Positions 28,454-37,639 of a stretch of DNA of 39,670 nt are shown here, piece by piece. The stretch is from contig CAYHCM010000004.1 of NCBI GenBank assembly GCA_964355045.1, positions 16,474-56,143 of the forward strand, given 5' to 3'. Position 1 is the stretch's first letter, and each line of letters opens with the position of its first letter. Source of the DNA: an uncultured Chitinophaga sp. (lineage in GTDB: Bacteria; Bacteroidota; Bacteroidia; NS11-12g; UBA9320). The notes under the pieces are model-generated. The model did not search any database. It saw nothing but the letters and a program-made list of their open reading frames with translations, and had not been told where the DNA came from. Both the position numbers and the translations under genes were made by a program.

Positions 28454-28641
28454 AGTACATTTTGGAACAAAAAATTAATTAGAAATTTTATGATTCGGCA
28501 TCAGGGTATATTTACCAATTGAGGGTATCTTCCCTTTGGTAAAAAAACCTGCGTGACTTCGTGGTCGTGATAATATCTTTATAATTTTTATTGGCTGGTA
28601 TCCACCAAAAGCTACTCAAAATATACATTCCTGATACACCC

Positions 28642-28675
28642 AAAAAAAGGGGCGATTTCAAAATCGCCCCTTTTT
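28642..28675 (-). terminator. Intrinsic terminator (possibly bidirectional) after the Omp28 gene
   Basis: A7-GGGGCGATTT-CA-AAATCGCCCC-T5. Confidence 0.9.
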
Positions 28676-28695
28676 CCTTTGATTTTAATAGTTAC

Positions 28696-29922
28696 TTATT
28701 TAATGGTAACGGGTATTTTTATACCTGTTAATATGTTTGTTTTGTTTTGTGAAACGAAAATTACCACTTCGCAATTTTCTATTACTACATTTCCCCCACC
28801 CGGAGGTATTATTGATCCATTATAATCTGCCGGAACAATATATATAAAGGTCTTCGTATATTTAGAGCCTTTTAATGTTTTTGCCGCTGGAATAATGTCT
28901 CCCCATTGGCTTGTCAACAAATACCTGAGAACATGATTTTGCTCATAATTGTTAGCATCCGGGGTACCACCACTTTGCTTTGAAAAAAGTTTATTCTGAA
29001 GCAAAGCAACATTTACATTGTTCTGAACTAATTCGTCACCGGTATAATACAAATCCACTTTAACTGTTAGTTCTCTTGTTACACTATTAAAGGTTGCTCT
29101 GGAACCAATGTTTACAGGAGATGTCAAGGTAATAACTTTAGCCACTGCCTTTACCCACTGACCTCTATCCATAGTCATATTACTACGCGAAATATCCATT
29201 GCATTTACGCCTAAGCTTAAACAAGTCATTCTGCTTATGGTTCCGGCAGGATATCCGGCAGGGTTTGCCTGATCATGAATGGCTTTGCCACCAGTAGAAG
29301 TAAAATTAGCCCAGCCTGCGGCAGGGGTAGCATAGCCACCTGAGTGGTTGCCAATAATAATGAACCTACCGGGGTTTGCATCTTCAATAGCCTTGGCTCT
29401 TAAGTGTCCATCGGGGCAATAACCGCATCGAACGCCGGTAAAATCTTCTAAAATTGCATTTCTATTCATTGTTATAGTTGGAGCAGTATTTTCGTCAGCT
29501 AATTTTATAGTTGTTATTTTTACTTCATCGCCATATGCTGTGCCTTGCGTATTTGTTGCATATGCCCTGTAGTAATAGGTGGTGTTTTCCTCCAAAATAG
29601 AAATACTGCCTGAAAAAATTCCAAGGCCTTTACCTATGGCAATTTTGTTATCTACAATAGTCGGTTTGGAGATTTTGCTAAAACAAAAACCTCTTTCAAT
29701 TACATCTGATTTACCTGCTAAAGTAACTTCACCATTGGCAGTAGTACTAAGAGCAAAAATTTCGACATCAGCAGAAGTTATTACAGTTGGAAGTCCTGTT
29801 ACTGCAACAGGAACATTCTCTTTGTTTTCATCTTTACAGGCATCAAATAGAATACCTACAGTTGCAAGAACTACAATCAGCAGGCCGAGGGAATGGATTT
29901 TTTTGATTAGATTATTTTTCAT
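28696..29922 (-). CDS. Omp28-family outer-membrane lipoprotein with an N-terminal FN3-like domain
   Basis: Lipobox FDAC; ERGFCFS...TTYYYRAYATN..GTAYG module; LEDFTGVRCGYCPDGH and NHVLR..LT.QWG. Confidence 0.85.
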   Translation of the reverse strand: MKNNLIKKIHSLGLLIVVLATVGILFDACKDENKENVPVAVTGLPTVITSADVEIFALSTTANGEVTLAGKSDVIERGFCFSKISKPTIVDNKIAIGKGLGIFSGSISILEENTTYYYRAYATNTQGTAYGDEVKITTIKLADENTAPTITMNRNAILEDFTGVRCGYCPDGHLRAKAIEDANPGRFIIIGNHSGGYATPAAGWANFTSTGGKAIHDQANPAGYPAGTISRMTCLSLGVNAMDISRSNMTMDRGQWVKAVAKVITLTSPVNIGSRATFNSVTRELTVKVDLYYTGDELVQNNVNVALLQNKLFSKQSGGTPDANNYEQNHVLRYLLTSQWGDIIPAAKTLKGSKYTKTFIYIVPADYNGSIIPPGGGNVVIENCEVVIFVSQNKTNILTGIKIPVTIK

Positions 29923-29941
29923 GGTTTATTTTATTTGAAGG

Positions 29942-29949
29942 CAAATGTA
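29942..29949 (-). promoter_or_regulatory. -7 promoter element (TACATTTG)
   Basis: TAnnTTTGC ending 19 nt before the ATG at 29922. Confidence 0.7.
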
Positions 29950-30257
29950 ATCAGGCTTATCAAATTAGCAATGAAAGTTTTGTCATATTTGAGTTAGAGG
30001 TTTCTATTGACTCATTTCAATGATGGAAACTCATGAAAAGTGCAGAAGCCGCATTGGTTATCTGCCGATTAATAATTTCCCTTGCTCCCTCATATTAATT
30101 CCAACCCACCGGAATATTTTCTTCAGGTAAATGTTTTAAACTAACGGATATTTTTATTATCGGTTGGTACGCCAAAAGATTAGCGAAATATTCCGCATTA
30201 ATCGGTAAATCAGAATTTAATTAGGATTGAATATCGGTAGAAAAAAATTTCTTCACC

Positions 30258-30749
30258 TCACCCATTAATCAGAAATTTTGTAAAATCGGTATTTGGTGGA
30301 TTTTCCAAACCCAACATACGCCCCATAGTTATGAGCTGGCCCCGGTGATACGTGCTGTGATTAACCACATGTTGAATAAAAACATAACACGGCGTAGTTC
30401 CTTTTAGCCAAGGTTTATCAATACTGTAGAGTGCCTCCAAATCCGATTTATTCATCGAACATACAAAGGTTTCCAAATCCTGCGATTGTTTTTGAAAGCC
30501 GTAAAAAAAAGCAATCTCATTTTCCTCAAAGTCCTTTCTGAATTTTTCCAATTCCTTTTTTTCCAAAAACGAAAGCCAAAATCGTTCGGCATCCCAAATA
30601 TGAAGCATAGTAGATTTTAATGTTGAAAAACTGGATGGTATTTTTTGGGTTAATAATTCAGGTTCGGCATGTTGCAGCCATTCTGCAATCTGAATATTAG
30701 CCCGGGTATTGTATTTAGTAAGATCTTGAAATATTTTTACAAAATTCAT
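30258..30749 (-). CDS. DinB family protein
   Basis: HIWDAE..W and HVVNHSTYHRGQ metal-binding His motifs. Confidence 0.92.
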   Translation of the reverse strand: MNFVKIFQDLTKYNTRANIQIAEWLQHAEPELLTQKIPSSFSTLKSTMLHIWDAERFWLSFLEKKELEKFRKDFEENEIAFFYGFQKQSQDLETFVCSMNKSDLEALYSIDKPWLKGTTPCYVFIQHVVNHSTYHRGQLITMGRMLGLENPPNTDFTKFLING

Positions 30750-30765
30750 TTTATGAAATACATTG

Positions 30766-31686
30766 TCAAACTTTAATTATGGTAACCGTATAAGTATAAC
30801 TGGTTTTGGGAGAATTTTTAATTCCGCTTATGGTAACCGTATAGGCAATTTCAGTGGTACTGATTGTATTTATACCCTGTGGTTCCCAAATAATGGTATT
30901 ATCGCCATATCCATTATCGGTAGATGAAACAACGGTTAATGTGATATTGCCGCCCGGCCCATTCATCGTAACGGTTGCATTTGAAAAATCGGCACCCGGA
31001 ATTCCGAATGACCATCTTAAAAAAACAAGAGTATTCGGCATATATCCTGCTGGAGGATATGCAATAAATGCCGGAATTAATGTGTTTCCACCCTTTGTAC
31101 CTATGGTTCCAAGCGACATACTCGCATCAGTAGTACCATAGCTGAATTGTGTTTTTGCTGAATGAAGAATCCATCTTCTGTGGCCTACCGCTTTATTGGA
31201 TGTTCCGTTATCTGACATAAAAGAGGTAATAGCGTTTACCGAATGACTGCCTAAACTCAAATTGCTTGTTTTTGCTCCATCATAACCACTTTGAGTCCAG
31301 CAAGTCCATGTATTTGGCGGAGTGTGGCTTAATTGCGAATTTGCTTTCATCATTAATGCGGCTTGCTGATACATGGGGAATTTGGCGGCATCCAAAGTAG
31401 TATTGTCATTTAAACCAACCAGTTTTCTGAAATAGTTAATTCGTTTTATAACCATATCATGCGTTAATTGAGGAGCTGTTCCCGCATCGCAGCCGGAAGT
31501 ATTGCCCGTCCAACCCGGATTTAAAACTGCCGACCCAAGATAATTATTTTTATAGTCGGCCACAACCGTTTCTCTGTCGCTCAAAATAAGTGGGTCATCA
31601 TCTCCTTTTTTACAACTGTTGATTATTAAGCTGTTTGTTAGAAACAAGACGATTAGAATAAGTTGACCCGGTACTTTATTGTTCAT
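30766..31686 (-). CDS. CAP (SCP-like) domain lipoprotein
   Basis: Lipobox INSC; RINYFRKLVGL, LSH, SNL, GHRRWIL. Confidence 0.88.
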   Translation of the reverse strand: MNNKVPGQLILIVLFLTNSLIINSCKKGDDDPLILSDRETVVADYKNNYLGSAVLNPGWTGNTSGCDAGTAPQLTHDMVIKRINYFRKLVGLNDNTTLDAAKFPMYQQAALMMKANSQLSHTPPNTWTCWTQSGYDGAKTSNLSLGSHSVNAITSFMSDNGTSNKAVGHRRWILHSAKTQFSYGTTDASMSLGTIGTKGGNTLIPAFIAYPPAGYMPNTLVFLRWSFGIPGADFSNATVTMNGPGGNITLTVVSSTDNGYGDNTIIWEPQGINTISTTEIAYTVTISGIKNSPKTSYTYTVTIIKV

Positions 31687-31778
31687 TATAAAAATTGTTT
31701 TTTATTATAAAGCAAAGATGAATTAAATCCATTTGAAAATGGAATATTTTTTATAAAAAAAGTTTTTACGCATTAGTT

Positions 31779-31786
31779 TACCTTTG
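31779..31786 (+). promoter_or_regulatory. -7 promoter element (TACCTTTG)
   Basis: TAnnTTTGC ending 5 nt before the ATG at 31792. Confidence 0.7.
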
Positions 31787-31791
31787 CAACC

Positions 31792-32538
31792 ATGAGCCGC
31801 TTCAAAATTGTATTTATTTCAGTATTAGTATTGATACTCTTGGGCGGAAGTTTTTATATTACAAAAAATCGAACCCAATTCTTGCCATCCTCAGGCACTT
31901 TGATACGGGACAATGAATTACCCATACCGCCTCGCATAAGCTTCAATGTTTCAAAGCAACGTCAAACTTTTATTAAGGATTTTTTTAAAGGCTGCAACCT
32001 GAGCGGCGATAAAAAACAACTTATTGACGCCTGTAATTTTAGCAGTCCTGAGGTACGTGATTTTGCGATACGGGTAGCCGGAAATTCACCCGGAACTTAT
32101 AATCTTGGGCAAGTATGCGATATGTTTGACCAATGTTTTACCAATTGGAAATATGTGAACGACCCCAAAGGCGAAAACTATGTGGCAAAAGCCAGCGAAA
32201 CAATTATCAATAATTTTACGGGCGATTGCGATGATTTTGCTGTAATTATTTGTTCATCCTTAATGGCTATAGGAGGGGAGGCCCGCATTAGTTATGCTTA
32301 TAAAGGAAAAAAGGGACATGCTTTTTCGGAAGTAAATTTGGGAAATACCCCTCAGGAAATAATTACCACCTACCTGAGCAAACGCTATAAACTAAAAATG
32401 GTAAATGGGAAACGGGATAAAAGCGGCAATTGGTGGCTCAATTTGGATTGGTTTGCCGGTTATCCCGGTGGGTTGTATTTTAAATACGCGCATGGGCAGC
32501 GATTTTATGTATTACAAAATTATTGCGAAGCGATTTGA
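31792..32538 (+). CDS. Transglutaminase-like (Cys-His-Asp) protein with an N-terminal membrane anchor
   Basis: WKYVNDP, GDCDDFAV, GHAFSEV, WLNLD. Confidence 0.8.
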   Translation: MSRFKIVFISVLVLILLGGSFYITKNRTQFLPSSGTLIRDNELPIPPRISFNVSKQRQTFIKDFFKGCNLSGDKKQLIDACNFSSPEVRDFAIRVAGNSPGTYNLGQVCDMFDQCFTNWKYVNDPKGENYVAKASETIINNFTGDCDDFAVIICSSLMAIGGEARISYAYKGKKGHAFSEVNLGNTPQEIITTYLSKRYKLKMVNGKRDKSGNWWLNLDWFAGYPGGLYFKYAHGQRFYVLQNYCEAI

Positions 32539-32546
32539 GGGAAGGA

Positions 32547-32720
32547 GCAATAGGCAATGAGCAATAGGCAATAGGAAATAGGGAAATGATAAACAGTAAT
32601 CGGTAATTGGTAAATAAAATGTTCAATAAGCAATTTTCAATGTTCATTTACTTAGCGGAAAACTTATAACATAGAACTATAAGAACTTAGAACATAGAAC
32701 TATAAGAACTTAGAACTTAA
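32547..32720. repeat. Four stacked heptamer tracts including a perfect 23-bp duplication
   Basis: GCAATAG-type, AATnGGT-type, AATnnnC-type and AACnnAG-type tracts; 32668-32690 = 32691-32713. Confidence 0.88.
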
Positions 32721-32724
32721 AAAA

Positions 32725-33117
32725 ATGCACACCCCAAAAGAGCGATATAGAAGCAACCTCAATTTTACGGTAGTAACGTTTTTTGTTTTGGTAAGTTTGG
32801 CTACAGGATTTTATTTGGGAATGGTGGCTGCCAAAGGCCCATTAATAGAAACTTCAAGGAATAAAGATAATTCGGCCATTTATCAAAATTTATGGCAATA
32901 CCGTATTGATTTTTTCAATCTTCTTTTGATATCAGTCGGATATGTTTTTGCGGTATTAATTCTTTTGGTTGCCATTGGAAGAAATAAAATTAATAAAGAA
33001 AAGCGCGAAGAAATAACTGATCTTGAACGCCTCGGCGACCTTTTTAAAAAAGGAGTTCTCACCCGGGAAGAGTTTGATAAAAAGAAAACTGAATTAATGG
33101 ATGATGAGGATCAGTAA
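32725..33117 (+). CDS. SHOCT-domain membrane protein
   Basis: Two TM segments; C-terminal LERLGDLFKKGVLTREEFDKKKTELM. Confidence 0.85.
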   Translation: MHTPKERYRSNLNFTVVTFFVLVSLATGFYLGMVAAKGPLIETSRNKDNSAIYQNLWQYRIDFFNLLLISVGYVFAVLILLVAIGRNKINKEKREEITDLERLGDLFKKGVLTREEFDKKKTELMDDEDQ

Positions 33118-34342
33118 CTATTTGCCCCTTCCACAAAATACATTAGCACCTCACCCTTGTTCTTCATCTCAATTTTTCCACGAGAAGTACAGTTGAATTT
33201 ATCTTTTACCAACTCATACGTGGTTCCGCTAATATTAATTTTTCCTGGTTCGCTGTTGTTTTCTAATCGTGAGGCGATGTTTACCGTATCGCCCCAAATA
33301 TCATAAGCGAATTTTTTGATACCCACAATGCCTGCAACCACCGGGCCGGTATGAATTCCAATTCTAATTTCAAATAATTCTTTTTTATGGTTGATTTTTT
33401 TTGCGAATGATTGTACATAAAATTTTGAATTTCGATTGAAGCGTTTACCACATCTGTTGCATTCGTTTTATTGGGAACAGGCAATCCTCCTGCAGCCATA
33501 TAACTGTCGCCAATTGTTTTAATTTTTTCGATGTTATATTTATCTATTATGTTATCAAAAGCCTTAAAACACTTGTCAATTTCGGCTACCAATTCAGATG
33601 GTGAAAGTTTTTCGGAAATTTGTGTAAAGTTTTTAAAGTCTGTAAACATTACAGTTACCGTATCAAACTGCTTTGCTTCGGCACTTCCGTTAGCTTTAAG
33701 TTCCTCAACAATTTCTTTGGGAAGAATATTGAGCAACAAAGATTCTGATCTTGCCTGAAAAAAATTTTTCTTTCCTACAAAATAATACACCATCAGATAT
33801 ATTAAAGAACCAACCCCGATAATATTAATAACAAAGAACAAACTAATTTCTCCAACTGATAAATTGTTTTGAACCCTGAGCCATGGCTGCAAAATACAGC
33901 CAATAATAACCAGTAAAATATATGCCAGCAGCCAACGCGGTGCGTTTGATTGTTTATCGAAAAGCATGGCGCCAAGTGGTGAAATAAGTCCCCATAATAT
34001 TACTGCGCTTCCACTCACAAAACCACCCAAAGCCAGCATTAGCGCAAAGGGCAGTAGCAAGATGAGAAGCAGTTGGCTGAATCGAAAAATTTGAAATTTA
34101 TGTGTTATTCCAAAATACATGATGCTGATTATTGAAATTACTGAATAGGATAATGGGATTAAACCGACCAGGTTTTCACCGAAAATTATATACATGATAC
34201 CCCATGCTGCTCCGGCAAAACTGAAAGGAATGGCACAGATAACCGGAAGTGATTTCTGTAATCGTAATTCCTCGCTGTCACCTTGCCTGGCACCTATCAT
34301 TGATACCCGGATAAATACTTTTTCGAGATAGTTATTCATCAT
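33111..34342 (-). pseudogene. Membrane class III adenylate/guanylate cyclase split by a 1-nt frameshift (pseudogene, recoding site or sequence error)
   Basis: ~6 TM plus VMFTDFKNFT and IKTIGDSYM in one frame; IRIGIHTGPVVAG...YDIWGDTVNIASR in the -1 frame; junction at ~33380-33402. Confidence 0.85.
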
Positions 34343-34465
34343 TTTTTTTATTACATCAAATTTCCTTTTTTTACATTTATTGCATTCAACTACTGCTTAA
34401 AAGTTTGGTCAATTTTGATATCAAAAATCATATCTAATACCAACCCTTCTTTTAACAAACTTTAG

Positions 34466-34473
34466 CAAATGTA
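34466..34473 (-). promoter_or_regulatory. -7 promoter element (TACATTTG) for the cyclase gene
   Basis: TAnnTTTGC in the intergenic region. Confidence 0.55.
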
Positions 34474-34602
34474 AAAATTACACAGATTGATGCCCCAAAA
34501 GTTTGCCATTTAGACAATAATAATAGCATAATTTTAAATCTATTAATTGACTGACGGTCATCAGCTTTTTGAAAAACATAAGTTTAATTATTCTAAGTTT
34601 AG

Positions 34603-35865
34603 TCAATTCAAATTTATTTTTTTAGCGTAAATCATTTGCTTTGCAGTAATAGCACGAACCAGATAAATCCCATTCGTATATTGAGAAACATCAAGCGTAA
34701 TAAGTTTTGCATTATCAATCAATCCTGAATAAACAATTTCTCCAAGCGGACTGTAAATTTCTATTTTTATTTTCCCTGAAATATTATCAGGCAATTCAAT
34801 AGAAATATTATCACCTGAAGGATTAGGATATATTTTTATAAAATTATCAGGTATTATTTTCTCAATTCCCGTTGAGTTACATCCGGTGCCAATAAACCAA
34901 GGAGTTGCAGTTGAATCATTCGAGAAAAAATCAAGCAACCAGCCACCAACTTTCTTAGCTCCTGCGGCGGATGGATGAGTTCCGTCATTTTGAAAATCGG
35001 CAGGGCAGTTTAGCGCAATTTTGGGATTGGTGGTTTGTGCTGTACTTCCATCCGACCACATATAAATTCCCCAGGCAAGCCATGGCGAGTTTGCAAGAGG
35101 ACCTGAATAGGAAAGCCGGGCATCACCTTTTATCTGGTCTTCAATTACTTTTTTTACAGCCCAGCCTGTGCGATACGAATAAGGTTCAGGATTCAAAGAA
35201 GTGGTAGCATATCGCGCCGAAATTCTGCTCGCCAGATAACATAATTTTATATTCGGGAAACGAACTTTTAATTCACGCATTATGCGTTTTATCTGCACCA
35301 CCAAAGAATCATGATGCACATCAATAGGAGTGGAGCCGGCAACATTGGCTTCCTTAAACCAAATAACCTGAACTTGATTTCCATTTACTCCGGCAGCGGT
35401 AAGTCGCTGGCCAACGGTTCTCCAAAAATTTGCATAATTGGAATGAGTTGGGGTTGAAATAACACTTGCCGTTTGGCCGCCTTGTGCTCCATCCACCAAG
35501 ATGAGTTTCGGGTTTTTGGCGGCAAAAGCATTTGCCAACGGAATAAATTGCTGAGTTTCCTGAGTGCAATTGGACATGCCAATGCTAAGCCAAACAATTT
35601 TACCCTTGGCAACATCCGGTTTTCCATTGGTATCAAGGCATTGAATTTGCGACGCCATTTGCAATCCGGCAGTTTTATGAGCGGAAGGGATAAAATTGGA
35701 ACCATTGGGATATAATCCGCCCATGAGTCCTGTAACGGGAGAAATACCTGTTCCCAAATCGTTGATAGGAGTGAAGCCTGTGGACGGTGCGCTGCAATTA
35801 GGCTGAGAAAATAATTGCACTGCAAAGAATAAAAGGGAGCTTGCAAAAAGTAATTTGGTTTTCAT
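34603..35865 (-). CDS. T9SS type A sorting-domain protein with an SGNH-hydrolase-like domain
   Basis: Signal peptide; SIGMSN, GAQGG, DGTHP; C-terminal domain IYPNPS...GIYLVR...KKI; ATG at 35865. Confidence 0.82.
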   Translation of the reverse strand: MKTKLLFASSLLFFAVQLFSQPNCSAPSTGFTPINDLGTGISPVTGLMGGLYPNGSNFIPSAHKTAGLQMASQIQCLDTNGKPDVAKGKIVWLSIGMSNCTQETQQFIPLANAFAAKNPKLILVDGAQGGQTASVISTPTHSNYANFWRTVGQRLTAAGVNGNQVQVIWFKEANVAGSTPIDVHHDSLVVQIKRIMRELKVRFPNIKLCYLASRISARYATTSLNPEPYSYRTGWAVKKVIEDQIKGDARLSYSGPLANSPWLAWGIYMWSDGSTAQTTNPKIALNCPADFQNDGTHPSAAGAKKVGGWLLDFFSNDSTATPWFIGTGCNSTGIEKIIPDNFIKIYPNPSGDNISIELPDNISGKIKIEIYSPLGEIVYSGLIDNAKLITLDVSQYTNGIYLVRAITAKQMIYAKKINLN

Positions 35866-35949
35866 TTTATAATTGGGATTATTACCTTGGTACAATGTTA
35901 TTAATAAAACGGTATTAATTTTTGAAAACTGTAATTTTTTATAAATAGA

Positions 35950-36048
35950 CAATTAGCAATGGGCAATTAGCAATGGGCAATTGGCAATAAGCAATCGGCT
36001 AATTTTGGGTTTTGGATTTTGGAATTTGGAATTTGTTTTTTGGAATTT
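35950..36048. repeat. Heptamer tracts CAATnnG x7, then TTTGGAA-type
   Basis: CAATTAG CAATGGG CAATTAG CAATGGG CAATTGG CAATAAG CAATCGG, then TTTTGGA/ATTTGGA units. Confidence 0.85.
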
Positions 36049-36055
36049 GTTAAAA

Positions 36056-36544
36056 TCAGTTTTCCTTATTCGGCCAACTATACCATGCTAAATTTCCTTT
36101 TTGGGTGATAATATCTTTCCAGTCATTTATATTAAAATTAAGAAGAGCCATTCCACAAGTTGGTATATCTATAACCGGTGCATTGCCAATATAATTAAAA
36201 AGTTCAGTCATTCCTGGGTTATGGCCAACGATAGCAAGGGAATTAATATTATTATTTGTAGCTACAATTTCATCTAACAAAGCTTCAAAGAAGGCAAGAT
36301 ATAGTTTATCAGAAACTTCAATTTTTTCTATTGCCAAATCCATTAGCTTCGCAATAGTGTTGGCTGTCTGTATAGCTCGTTTAGCCGGGCTTACTTTAAT
36401 CAAGTCAGGCGTGAATCCTGTTTTTTCGAGCCGTTCGCTCATTATTATACATTCATCATATCCACGTTCGCCCAATTCTCTTTCTTTGTCAATATGGCTT
36501 TTCAATTCAGCTTTGGCATGGCGAATTAGTAAAAGATTCTTCAT
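36056..36544 (-). CDS. sixA: Phosphohistidine phosphatase SixA family
   Basis: LIRHAKA, SPAKRAIQTA, VGHNPG, PTC. Confidence 0.88.
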   Translation of the reverse strand: MKNLLLIRHAKAELKSHIDKERELGERGYDECIIMSERLEKTGFTPDLIKVSPAKRAIQTANTIAKLMDLAIEKIEVSDKLYLAFFEALLDEIVATNNNINSLAIVGHNPGMTELFNYIGNAPVIDIPTCGMALLNFNINDWKDIITQKGNLAWYSWPNKEN

Positions 36545-36610
36545 GATAGCTTTGCACGTATTTGAAGAAACAAATTAAACGAATAGATTTCAGGAAATGT
36601 AAATATTATT

Positions 36611-37639
36611 TTAAGGTTTTGAAAACGCCTTATTATTAATAAACGAGGTATCGGTAAGGGTTTTAAGAAAACTAACCAAATCTTTTTTTTCCTGAACACT
36701 TAGTTTTAAACCATAGGCCTTGCCGGCTTTGGTCATTATCGGGTCAATGGTTGGTGAGATTTTTACTCCGGAATTATAATGTTCTATAACTTCAGCCAAA
36801 GTAGCAAATCGTCCGTCGTGCATATATGGAGCCGATAATTCAATATTGCGCAGCGTAGGAACCTTGAATTTTCCTTTATCCAACGGATTTTTTGTTACAT
36901 AATATCGCCCTGAATTATCAGTATTATAACCAGAATCCAAACCAATATTTCTAAACGCATTATCCGTCATTAAAGGGATGGAATGACAATGAAAACAATC
37001 CCCTTTTTCGGTGGTAAATAATATATAGCCATTGAGTTCGGAAGGTGTTAAATCAGATTCTCCCCGCGAAAATTTATCAAATTTAGAGTTGTATGAAACC
37101 AATGCCCTGAAAAATTGTGCTAAACCAAATGCTACATCCTTTTGAGTAATATTGGTAATATTAAAGGCTTTTTTAAATAACCCTTTATACTCATCGTTAT
37201 TATTTAATTTGGTAACATTGGTATTAAAAAATTGGGTAACCTCAAACACCATTTGATCTTCCAAAGTTCCTGATACTTCACCTTTCCATAAAAAATTTGT
37301 GCTCCATGCCAGGTTTGTATGTACCAAAGCATTTGATGCAAAAGTTGTAAATCCGTTGGCTTGATAATGGCATTGTCCGCAAAAGCGGCCGTCGTTAGAT
37401 ATAATGGGGTCGTAATATAATTTTCGTCCAAGTGCTACTCCTTCCTCGGTCATTGGATTTTCAGGGTTAAATGTAATAACCGGGAAATTTTTTGGAACAT
37501 TAATACTATAAGGCGTTGTTTTAAAATTAGTATCAACCGGAGGTTTTTCATTGCAGGCAAAAAAGCCCATAAGAACAAACAAACTTAAAATTAAGCCTGA
37601 AGCAGTTTTTTTATTTAACAGTAAATACATCTTTTCCAT
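36611..37639 (-). CDS. Di-heme cytochrome c peroxidase family lipoprotein (MbnH-like)
   Basis: Two CXXCH motifs (CGQCH, CFHCH); FKVPTLRNI..SAPYMHDGRF; adjacent to an MbnP-family gene. Confidence 0.9.
   Translation of the reverse strand: MEKMYLLLNKKTASGLILSLFVLMGFFACNEKPPVDTNFKTTPYSINVPKNFPVITFNPENPMTEEGVALGRKLYYDPIISNDGRFCGQCHYQANGFTTFASNALVHTNLAWSTNFLWKGEVSGTLEDQMVFEVTQFFNTNVTKLNNNDEYKGLFKKAFNITNITQKDVAFGLAQFFRALVSYNSKFDKFSRGESDLTPSELNGYILFTTEKGDCFHCHSIPLMTDNAFRNIGLDSGYNTDNSGRYYVTKNPLDKGKFKVPTLRNIELSAPYMHDGRFATLAEVIEHYNSGVKISPTIDPIMTKAGKAYGLKLSVQEKKDLVSFLKTLTDTSFINNKAFSKP

Noticed and set aside
29950-30257. Possible ncRNA or gene remnant in a 300-bp gap
   Set aside because: No recognisable RNA motif, strong structure or identifiable protein fragment by eye.
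35354-35846. Alternative-frame ORFs inside the SGNH/T9SS gene
   Set aside because: No recognisable motifs; expected in a locally GC-richer gene with fewer off-frame stops.
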